Shown piece after piece: positions 1-7,684 of a DNA stretch of 32,000 bases. The stretch's first letter is position 1; each line of letters starts with the position of its first letter. Below the pieces are notes generated by a model. It saw nothing but the letters and a program-made list of their open reading frames with translations. It made no database searches and had not been told where the DNA came from. Both the position numbers and the translations under genes were made by a program. The stretch is taken from contig NZ_PGDQ01000004.1 of NCBI RefSeq assembly GCF_003073135.1, positions 18,363 through 50,362 on the forward strand, given 5' to 3'. The DNA is from Euzebya rosea. GTDB taxonomy: Bacteria > Actinomycetota > Nitriliruptoria > Euzebyales > Euzebyaceae.

Positions 1-150
1 CGGCCGACGTCGGGCCATCCCCCCCAGGGGTGGCATGCAGGGTGGGTCTGACCCCGCGCCCACCCGATCTCCACCCTCGGGGGGAGCACAGCTCACGGAC
101 CCGCGGTCGAGCATGCCGGGCACGGCCCCTCTGACCCGAAGGAACGACCG

Positions 151-666
151 ATGACGACCCTGCCGGCCACCACCACCGACGACGGACCCGACCTGGGACG
201 GTTGGAACGCCAGCTGCGCAGCATGGACGGGGTGATCCCTCCGCTGCGCGACGCCCGGCAGGTCCGCGAGATCGCGCAACGGCTGGTGGCGCCCGGGAAG
301 GGCATCCTGGCCGCCGACGAGAGCGATGGGACCGCCGACAAGCGCCTGGCTGCGGTGGGGGCCGCCACCGGACCCGCCGGCCGACGGGCCTACCGTCAGG
401 TGCTGTTGGGCACCGCCGATCTCGGCGCCCACATCAGCGGTGTGATCCTGTACGACGAGACGATCAGGCAGACCGCCGATGACGGGACCCCGTTCCCCTC
501 GTTTCTGTCAGCAGCAGGGGTCCTGCCTGGCATCAAGGTCGACACCGGCATCGTGCCACTGGCCCGCCAACCCGGCGAAACGGTGACCAAGGGGCTTGAC
601 GGACTTCGTACCCGACTGGCCAACTACACCGCCCTGGGTGCACGCTTCGCGAAGTGGCGAGCCACC
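151..666 (+). pseudogene. Class I fructose-bisphosphate aldolase, 5' fragment (first ~172 codons only)
   Basis: The translation carries GKGILAADES and runs to FAKWRAT. It aligns residue by residue with the intact aldolase at 2789..3928 (roughly two thirds aa identity by eye). Similarity stops abruptly after codon 172 (nt 666). The ORF then runs on into unrelated Arg/Ser/Pro-rich sequence that is antisense to other gene remnants. The GAAGGA Shine-Dalgarno spacing matches the intact copy. Confidence 0.8.
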
Positions 667-833
667 AGCAGCCGACGAGTCGGTGGGATGTCGACGAGGA
701 GGTTCAGGTTCGAGCCGGCCACGGCGCTGTCTGCGGCGACCGACCCGAAGACGCGGACGTCCCTGGCGTCGTACCGGTCGGCGATCGCCAGCACCTCGGC
801 AGCTCGCTCCTGCACGTCCCCGAGCGTCGGCAC
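667..833 (-). pseudogene. Nucleotidyltransferase (MNT/antitoxin-type) N-terminal fragment, truncated at the aldolase junction
   Basis: The minus-strand translation from GTG at 833 reads VPTLGDVQERAAEVLAIADRYDARDVRVFGSVAADSAVAGSNLNLLVDIPPT. This resembles the GS-x10-DxD minimal NTase fold of MNT/HEPN-partner antitoxins. The expected DxD is NLN, and the frame runs into antisense aldolase sequence near 667-690. The exact end is uncertain. Confidence 0.45.
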
Positions 834-949
834 GACGACGCGGCCCGGCGTCGGCGCGACGGGCGGGGCGGCGACATCGGTAAGGTCCAACACGTCGTCG
901 CCGTCACCCGGCTCGCACCCTCGGCGGCGGCAGTCGAGGGCGTCCCGCC

Positions 950-2610
950 AGCAACTGGCAGGGCGGCGCGGTCGCGGAGGTGGCGTGTGGCGTAGTGGGG
1001 CCGGAGCTGGACCTGGAACGGCGCGAGGTGCTGGTAGATCCCGACCGCCCCGCCTTCGGGGAGGCTGCGGATCGCGTGGGTGGCCATGAGCGGCTTGGGG
1101 GCCGGGTGGCCGCCGGTCGTCGGGCCGTTCGGGCGGTGTGTGCCGGCCGAGCGGGTCGCTCGTGGAGGAGAGGGCGTCGAGGTCGCGCGTGCATCGCAGG
1201 ACGAGGATGTACCCATCGCCCTCATGCCGGCGTGGTTGTTGACGATGGTGGCCGCGCGGGGGCCGTAGCGGGTGCGGATCTGGGCGAGGTCCTGCCAGAT
1301 GGTGACCAGTGTGATCCCGAGGCCCATGGCGGTGGAGGCGAGCTCGTCCAGGTCGGGTAGCGGCGCGATGTTGGCGGCTTCGTCCAGCACGATGAGCAGG
1401 GGCCGGTCGAAGGTGCCGCTGTGCTACTCGGCCCGCCGGTTGGCGGCGGTGATCGCCTGGTGGAGCAGCCCGACGAACAGCGGCCGCAGCCGCTTCTGGT
1501 CCTCGCGTGGCGCGCACAGGTACAGGGTGTTGTCGCCGTCGAGAAGCCGGTCGGGGTCGATGCCGGAGGTGACGGCGGAGGCGGCGACGGTGGGGTCCTC
1601 GTAGGCGGCGAGGACGGTCTCGGCCGTGGTGTAGATCGAGGACTTCTGGTTGTCCGCCCTCCCGGTGGAGGCCGCAAAGGCGTTGATGGCCTCGGGCACG
1701 CCGGCTGCCGCGAGGAGGGTATGGACGTGCCGTTCCTCCTGGGTGTTGAGCCAGGCGACGACGGTGGCGATCGGCAGGTCGTTGGCGGCGGCGGCGAGCA
1801 ACAGCGGGGCGAGGAGCTTGGCTGCCGAGGCGTACCAGAAGTCTCCGTCGGTCAGCCCGCCGGCGGTGCCGGTCGCCTTGACCGTCGCTGACATCGCGTG
1901 TGCGGTCCGGACGGCACCCATCCAACTGGCACACGCGGCGAGCGGTGACCAGCTGGTGGCGGGCAGCCCGGTGGCGCCGGTCGGGTCGTACAACTGGACG
2001 CCGCCGCGGCTGGCGCGCCAGCCGGCGGTGTCGCGGACCAGGTCGGTCTTGACGGAGGTCGCGATGACCGGCCCGTCCCATTCGAGGATCGCGGGGATGG
2101 CAAGGCCGGTGGTCTTGCCCGGCGGGATGGGCCGAGGACGAGGATCGACCGGGACGGCTCGGCGGCCAGCAGCCCACCGCGCGGGTGCCCGTGGCCGAGG
2201 GTCAGCCGGTTTCCGACCAGTTGCCGCACCCGCAGCGGCGCGAGGTCACGCCGGGTCGCCCAGGCCGCGTCCTCTGGCCTTCGGTTCCGCCGTTCGCGCC
2301 AGCGCACCCAGAGAGGACTGACCCGATCGTGGTCGGGACGAGCAGCAGGCCGAGCAGCGGGCCGTAGAAGACGATCGGGCCGGGCAGCCGGACGCGGTCG
2401 ACCTCCGGCCATGCGGCCGCGGGGTCGGCGGAGTTGGCGAGCAGCTGCACGGCCACGCTGGCGGCACCGGCGGGGCTGGTGTCCAGCTGGCCGGCGGTGA
2501 GGAGCCAGCCGGTCAACCACACGAGCAGGCCGACGGTGGCCCAGGCGGCGATGAGGACGAGGACGACCAGCTCGAACGGGCTGAACGTCGCCGGCCGGTC
2601 AGCCGGCGGG
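950..2610 (-). pseudogene. Type IV secretion coupling protein (TraG/TraD/VirD4-like T4CP), disrupted by several frameshifts and an in-frame TAG
   Basis: Homologous pieces lie in three minus-strand frames. They are: an N-terminal TM-like FSPFELVVLVLIAAWATVGLLVWLTGWLL; LTLGHGHPRGGLLAAEPSRSILVLGP; a P-loop GKTTGLAIPAILEWDGPVIATSVKTD readable only after a 1-nt shift near 2119-2123; VYDPTGATGLP...; Walker B PLLIVLDEAANIAPLPDL; and a C-terminal IRSLPEGGAVGIYQHLAPFQVQLRPHY. An in-frame TAG lies at 1424-1426 (minus) between ...AANRRAE and HSGTFDRPLLIVLDE. No ATG or GTG start lies upstream of the first TM segment. Confidence 0.75.
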
Positions 2611-2788
2611 CGCGGGTGCCTGGTTCATCGGATCCCGGTCACCTCCCCCCGTGGGGGGCCTGGGTGGGCCCCATGGGCACCGCCGGTCCGATCTCCTCCC
2701 GCAGGTCAGCCCCAGGGGGGAGGCATCGCGACGCACTTCGGGAGGACGATTGCTCCACGACCCGACCGAACTGCACGAAGGACCCCCG

Positions 2789-3928
2789 ATGCCCTCCCCC
2801 ACCCCCGACATCCCGCCGCACATCGACCTGGGCGAGCTGGAGCTCCAGCTGCGGTCGATGGATTCCGCGTTGCCCTCCGACCCGCGCGGTCCGGGGCGGG
2901 TCCGGCAGACCGCGGCCGAGCTGGTGGCGCCGGGCAAGGGGATCCTGGCTGCTGACGAGAGCAACTCAACCGCCGACGCACGCCTGGCCGCGTTCGGGGC
3001 CTCGACCGGTCCGGAGGGCCGCCGCGCCTACCGGCAGATGCTCCTGGCCGCCGACGGGCTGTCGGCGCACGTCAGCGGTGTGATCCTCTACGACGAGACC
3101 CTGCGTCAGCAGGCCGACGACGGGACGCCGTTCGCGACCCTCCTGGCCAGCCGCGGGATCATGCCCGGGGTCAAGGTGGACACGGGGACCGCCCCCCTCG
3201 CCGGCCGGTCGGGTGAGACGATCACCAAGGGCCTGGACGGCTTGCGCACCAGGTTGGCCGAGTACGTCGAGCTGGGCGTCCGCTTCGCCAAGTGGCGCGC
3301 GACGTTCCGCGTCGACAGGGGACCCTCGGACGCATGCCTGGCGGCGAACGTGACCGCCATGGCCCAGTACGCGGCGCTGTGCCAGGAGGCGGGCGTCGTG
3401 CCCATGGTCGAGCCGGAGGTGTTGATGAGCGGCGCCCACGGACTGGCCGCGGTCGAGGACGCGTCGACCCGGATCCTGCATGCCCTCTACGGCGCGTTGT
3501 TCGTCCAGGGGGTGGACCTGGCGGGAACCCTGCTCAAGGTGAACATGGCGGTCCCCGGCCAGTCCAGCACTGAGCAGCCGTCACCGGTGGAGGTGGCGGA
3601 GGCCACGCTGCGGATGCTGCGACGCACCGTCCCCGTCTCCGTGCCGGGGGTAGTGTTCCTGTCCGGCGGCCAGTCGGCGGGCGACGCGACGGTGCGACTG
3701 GACGCGATCAGCCGTGCCGCGGCCGAGGCCGGTACCCCGTGGACGCTGTCGTTCTCCTACTCCCGGGCGCTGCAGGAGACGGTGCTGACCATCTGGTCGG
3801 GCCAGTCCGAGAACGTCGTGGCTGCCCAGCGACAGCTCGTGCACCGCGCCGCCTGCAACGGGGCCGCCTCGACCGGGTCCTACGACCCCGTGATGGAGGC
3901 GGAGGGCGCGCTCGCAGGGGCACGCTGA
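2789..3928 (+). CDS. fba: Fructose-bisphosphate aldolase, class I
   Basis: Full-length class I aldolase signature: GKGILAADES, ISGVILYDET, GIMPGVKVDTG, FAKWRA and a Schiff-base region LLKVNMAVPG. ATG at 2789 sits 7 nt after GAAGGA. The track ORF start at 2651 adds 46 non-homologous residues and is rejected. Confidence 0.9.
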   Translation: MPSPTPDIPPHIDLGELELQLRSMDSALPSDPRGPGRVRQTAAELVAPGKGILAADESNSTADARLAAFGASTGPEGRRAYRQMLLAADGLSAHVSGVILYDETLRQQADDGTPFATLLASRGIMPGVKVDTGTAPLAGRSGETITKGLDGLRTRLAEYVELGVRFAKWRATFRVDRGPSDACLAANVTAMAQYAALCQEAGVVPMVEPEVLMSGAHGLAAVEDASTRILHALYGALFVQGVDLAGTLLKVNMAVPGQSSTEQPSPVEVAEATLRMLRRTVPVSVPGVVFLSGGQSAGDATVRLDAISRAAAEAGTPWTLSFSYSRALQETVLTIWSGQSENVVAAQRQLVHRAACNGAASTGSYDPVMEAEGALAGAR

Positions 3929-3935
3929 CCCGCCG

Positions 3936-5168
3936 TCAGCCGGGGATCGTGACCAGGACGATGGTGCCCTTGCCCTCGGCGGAGCGGATCTGCAGGTCGG
4001 CGTCGATCAGGTCGGCTCGCTCCCGCATGCCCGACAGCCCGTAGCTGGCCCGCTCACCGGCGCCGTCGGCGCCATCGGAGCGGAAGCCGCGCCCGTCGTC
4101 CCGGACCTCCAGCTCGACGGCTGAGCCCGTTGCGGACAACGTCAGCCAGACGTGGTCCGCCTCGGCGTGCTTCATGATGTTCTGCAGCGCCTCCTGGGCG
4201 ATGCGGTACACCGCGATCTCCTGGTGGTCGGCGAGTTCGACCTGCTCATCGATCGCCAGCTCCACGTCGACGCCGGGCAGGGTCCGCGCCAGGCTCTCCA
4301 GCCCCGCCGCCAGGCCGAGGTCGTCGAGGACGGTCGGCCGCAGGCCTGCGATCGCCACACGAGTCTCGTCCAGAGCTGCGGCGGCGAGGGCCCGTGCCGC
4401 CAGCACCTGCTGACCTGCGAACACCGGGTCGACTGGCCCGCCGCCGGTCAGGGCGTCCGCGGCCGCGGACAGGTGGAAGGACAGGCCGACCAGACGCTGG
4501 CTGATGCCGTCGTGGATGTCGCCTGCCAGCCGACGGCGCTCCGACTCCTGCACGGCCAGTAGGCGCTCGGCGAACCGCTCCCTGGCGCGCTCACGGCGGG
4601 CCAGGGAGCGGTGCAGGCTGGCGTTGTCGATCGCGCCGGCCATCAGGTTGGCGATCGTCCGCAGCAACTGCAGCTCGGACTCGCTGAAGTCCCGACGCAT
4701 GGTGCTGTGGACGTTGAGCACGCCGACCAGGCGCTCCGGGCCGGCGATCATGGGGACCGACACCAGTGACGTGTAGTCGTCCCCACGCAGTTCCGGGATG
4801 TACCGGTACCGCGGGTCCGCGCGCTTGTCCTCGGCGATCAGGACCGGCCGGCCGTGCTTGGCGACCCATCCGGCGACGCCGTCACCGACCGCGAGCTCGA
4901 TGGTGCCGACATGCCGGTCGAAGGGCGGGGTCGCACCGACCAGGGTCAGGCGCTGTCGCTCGGCGTCCAGCAGGTGGACGAAGCACACGTCGGTCGCGGT
5001 CGCCTCGGTGATGACCCCGGCGACGCGTTGGACCAGCGCGCCCATGTCCAGACCTGCGGTGATGACGTCGATGATCCGCTGGAGCAGGGTGCGTTCGCGC
5101 TCGGCGTCGGCCATGCCCAGTCCACCCGGCGGGATGGTCCAGCCGCTGCCCTGGCTCAGGTCCGGCAT
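3936..5168 (-). CDS. Soluble GAF-domain sensor histidine kinase (HisKA_3/NarL-partner type)
   Basis: An N-terminal GAF-like region (no TM segments seen) is followed by the HisKA_3 H-box ERRRLAGDIHDGISQRLVGL and an HATPase_c C-terminus (DDGRGF, YGLSGMRERADL). It lies directly downstream of a LuxR-type response regulator. An alternative start is ATG at 5114 (MADAERE). Confidence 0.85.
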   Translation of the reverse strand: MPDLSQGSGWTIPPGGLGMADAERERTLLQRIIDVITAGLDMGALVQRVAGVITEATATDVCFVHLLDAERQRLTLVGATPPFDRHVGTIELAVGDGVAGWVAKHGRPVLIAEDKRADPRYRYIPELRGDDYTSLVSVPMIAGPERLVGVLNVHSTMRRDFSESELQLLRTIANLMAGAIDNASLHRSLARRERARERFAERLLAVQESERRRLAGDIHDGISQRLVGLSFHLSAAADALTGGGPVDPVFAGQQVLAARALAAAALDETRVAIAGLRPTVLDDLGLAAGLESLARTLPGVDVELAIDEQVELADHQEIAVYRIAQEALQNIMKHAEADHVWLTLSATGSAVELEVRDDGRGFRSDGADGAGERASYGLSGMRERADLIDADLQIRSAEGKGTIVLVTIPG

Positions 5169-5190
5169 CGGACCGTGCTCGGCATGAGCG

Positions 5191-5844
5191 TCAATGGAAC
5201 AGGCCTTCCCGCAGCGCCATTGCGACGGCTTCGGTTCGGTCGGCGACGCCCATCTTGCGGTAGACGGAGCGGGTGTGGCTCTTGACGGTCTCCTCGGTGA
5301 TGTGCAGCGTCGCGCCCACCGCCCGGTTCGAGCGCCCGCTGACCACGAGCGCCAGCACCTCGCTCTCGCGCTGCGTCAGGCCCAGGTGCGCCCCCGGCCA
5401 GAACTCCCCGCGGTGGATCCGTGCCGCCGAGGCAGCGACCCGACCGGCCAACGTCGGGTCGATCACGATCTCGCCCTCCTGCACGTGGGCCAGGTGCCGC
5501 AGCAGCTCGTCGGCGTCGACGCGCTTCAGTAGGAAACCCGACGCACCGGTCCGCAGCGCCTGGAACAGGTACTGCTCGTCGTCGTAGACCGTCAGGAAGA
5601 CGATGCGGCACTCGGGGCTGACCCCCCGCATCTCGGCAGCCAGGTCCAGGCCGCTCTCGCCTCGCAGCCGCACGTCGAGCAGGACGATGTCGGGGGTGGT
5701 CTCCTGGAGCGCGACCAGCGCCTCGTCCCGGCTGCTGGCCTCGCCGACGATGGCGACCTCGTCGTGGCGGCTGAGCATGGCCTTGAGCCCGTCGATGACC
5801 ATCTGGTGGTCGTCGACGAGCAGCAGGCGTATCGGCTCGGCCAT
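5191..5844 (-). CDS. Two-component response regulator, NarL/LuxR family
   Basis: The receiver domain reads IRLLLVDDHQMVIDGL...DIVLLDVRL. The C-terminal LuxR HTH reads LTQRESEVLALVVSGRSNRAVGATLHITEETVKSHTRSVYRKMGV. Confidence 0.9.
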   Translation of the reverse strand: MAEPIRLLLVDDHQMVIDGLKAMLSRHDEVAIVGEASSRDEALVALQETTPDIVLLDVRLRGESGLDLAAEMRGVSPECRIVFLTVYDDEQYLFQALRTGASGFLLKRVDADELLRHLAHVQEGEIVIDPTLAGRVAASAARIHRGEFWPGAHLGLTQRESEVLALVVSGRSNRAVGATLHITEETVKSHTRSVYRKMGVADRTEAVAMALREGLFH

Positions 5845-5888
5845 GGCGGCGTGACTCTACGGGCGGCTCGCGGGCCGCTGCAACGTCC

Positions 5889-6866
5889 TCATCCGGTGTG
5901 GACCGCGTCCACGACAAGGCGCGGATGCAGGGGTGAGGCCACGAAGGATCGGGTCCGCCATCCGCCTGGCACCCGCAGCGGGTGTCGCTGGAGCGAGCCC
6001 CAGGTGACGCTCGTGACGACCATGCAGCACTGGTCCGTCGTGACGATGTCCTCCAAGGTCATCGGCGCCCCCGGGCTGTGGCCGGCGTCGATCAGACGGT
6101 CGCGCTCGACGTCGCTCTGGGGTGCGAGCCGCGCCTGCATCCCCCCGCCGAGCACCCGGACCGCGCAGGCCGTGATGACGCCCTCCGGTGCACCTCCCAC
6201 GCCCATGAGGGCATCGGCCCGCCCGTCCGGCGCCAGCACCTCCAGCGCGCCGGCGACGTCGCCGTCGGGGATCAGGGACACGGCGGCACCCGTGGCACGG
6301 ATCCTCGAGATCAGCTCGACGTGCCGCGCCTTGTCCAGGACCACCGTTCGCAGCTCGTGCACCGCCTTGCCCGTCGCCGTGGCGATCACCGCCAGGTTCT
6401 CCTCCACCGGGCGGGAGATGTCGATCACGTCCCGCGCCGCCGGGCCGACGACGAGCTTGTCCATGTACCAGGCCTCCCCCGACCCCCACAGGGTGCCCGA
6501 CGGTGCGGCCGCGACGACGGTGATCGCCCCGTCGGTGTCCCGGGCGCACGCCTTGGTGTTCTCGAGGGGGTCGATCGCCAGGTCGACCGCGGGTGCCCCC
6601 CCGAGACCGACGACCTCCCCCCGGTACAGCATCGGGGCGTCGTCCTTCTCGCCTTCGCCGATGACGACCGTCGCAGTCCCCGGCAGCTGCGCGAACGCCT
6701 GTCGCAGGGCGCTGACCGCGGCCTGGTCCGCGGCGTTCGCATCCCCCCGTCCGATCCACGGCTGGCAGGCCAGGGCCGCGTGCTGGGTCGCTCGCAGCAG
6801 GTGGGGGACGACGGTGTCGATGGCCACCTCCTGGACGTTGGGCGGGTCGAGGCTGACGGTTCTCAT
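5889..6866 (-). CDS. glpX: Class II fructose-1,6-bisphosphatase (GlpX type)
   Basis: GlpX-like motifs run throughout: LAIDPLENT, YMDKLVVGP, VVLDKARH, GDVAGAL, MGVGGAPEGV. The start MRTVSLD at 6866 overlaps the rpe stop by 4 nt (ATGA). The upstream part of the 478-aa track ORF is Arg-rich non-homologous read-through. Confidence 0.9.
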   Translation of the reverse strand: MRTVSLDPPNVQEVAIDTVVPHLLRATQHAALACQPWIGRGDANAADQAAVSALRQAFAQLPGTATVVIGEGEKDDAPMLYRGEVVGLGGAPAVDLAIDPLENTKACARDTDGAITVVAAAPSGTLWGSGEAWYMDKLVVGPAARDVIDISRPVEENLAVIATATGKAVHELRTVVLDKARHVELISRIRATGAAVSLIPDGDVAGALEVLAPDGRADALMGVGGAPEGVITACAVRVLGGGMQARLAPQSDVERDRLIDAGHSPGAPMTLEDIVTTDQCCMVVTSVTWGSLQRHPLRVPGGWRTRSFVASPLHPRLVVDAVHTG

Positions 6867-7567
6867 GCGGCGGCCACATCCTCGGGCGCCGATGTGCCCT
6901 CGCCTGCGGCCTGACGGAGCTCGGCGATCCCTGCCGTGTAGCCGTCGGGATGGCGGATGATCGCGCTGCCGGCCACGAAGGACCGTGCGCCGGCCCCTCG
7001 CGCACGCATGATCGTCTCGGCCGAGATGCCGCCGTCCACCTCCAGCCTGATGGTTCGGTCGCTGCGGTCGAGCTCGCGGCGCAGGTGGCTCGTCTTGGCT
7101 TCCATCTCCGCGAGATAGCGCTGACCGCCGTAGCCCGGGTTCACCGTCATCACCAGCACATGGTCCAGCAGGCCCAGAACCTGCGAGACGGCCTGCGGGG
7201 GCGTCCCGGGGTTCAGCGCCACACCGACGCGAGCGTCGAGATCGGCGATGGCCCCGAGCGTGCGGTGCAGATGGGTGCAGGCCTCGGCGTGGACGGTCAC
7301 GAGAGCACAGCCCGCCTCGACCCACCGGTGCAGGCTGCCGGCCGGTTCGTCCACCATCAGGTGCGCCTCGAAGGGCAGGGACGTGTGCGGACGCACCGAC
7401 GCGATGACGTCCGGTCCGATCGTGAGGTTGGGGACGAACCTGCCGTCCATCACATCCCAGTGGATCGCATCGGCTCCCGCTGCCTCCAGCGCGAGGACCT
7501 CCTCGGTCAGCCGGCCGAAGTCCGCGTTGAGGACGGAAGGGGCGATCCTGATTCGTGCCGCGGTCAT
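6863..7567 (-). CDS. rpe: Ribulose-phosphate 3-epimerase
   Basis: The translation reads MTAARIRIAPSVLNADFGRL...HWDVMDGRFVPNLTIGP...FEAHLMV...VMTVNPGYGGQ...VDGGI, a full-length Rpe signature. The start is at 7567. The rest of the 564-aa track ORF is antisense to the 7685..8497 gene. Confidence 0.92.
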   Translation of the reverse strand: MTAARIRIAPSVLNADFGRLTEEVLALEAAGADAIHWDVMDGRFVPNLTIGPDVIASVRPHTSLPFEAHLMVDEPAGSLHRWVEAGCALVTVHAEACTHLHRTLGAIADLDARVGVALNPGTPPQAVSQVLGLLDHVLVMTVNPGYGGQRYLAEMEAKTSHLRRELDRSDRTIRLEVDGGISAETIMRARGAGARSFVAGSAIIRHPDGYTAGIAELRQAAGEGTSAPEDVAAA

Positions 7568-7684
7568 GATCTCACCGTATGGGGCGGTCCACGCGCGGGC
7601 GTCCCCCCGAGGTGGGGAACCGGGGGTGAACCACGACGCGCTTCCCTTGTGTGCCCACCGGCCGGCTCGTAGGCTCCCGCAGCG

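Noticed and set aside
624-2177. 517-aa minus-strand ORF, the longest in the left region
   Set aside because: It is extremely Arg/Pro/Gly-rich and low in complexity. It is a chance open frame running through the T4CP pseudogene and antisense to the aldolase fragment, as is typical in ~70% GC DNA. Only short stretches, such as the NTase fragment near 667-833, carry real homology.
2651-2788. Upstream ATG at 2651 as the aldolase start
   Set aside because: The 46 extra residues have no counterpart in the paralogous copy. ATG 2789 has the same GAAGGA-N7 RBS arrangement as the truncated copy's start at 151.
5889-7325. The track ORFs suggest a 478-aa GlpX and a 564-aa Rpe (6863..8557)
   Set aside because: Homology begins only at MRTVSLD (6866) and MTAARIRIAP (7567). 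The upstream extensions are non-homologous and overlap neighbouring genes.
2789-7567. Interpreting fba, glpX and rpe as a Calvin-cycle (cbb) operon that proves H2-driven autotrophy
   Set aside because: No RuBisCO, phosphoribulokinase or other cbb-specific genes are in the window. These three enzymes also serve gluconeogenesis and the pentose-phosphate pathway.
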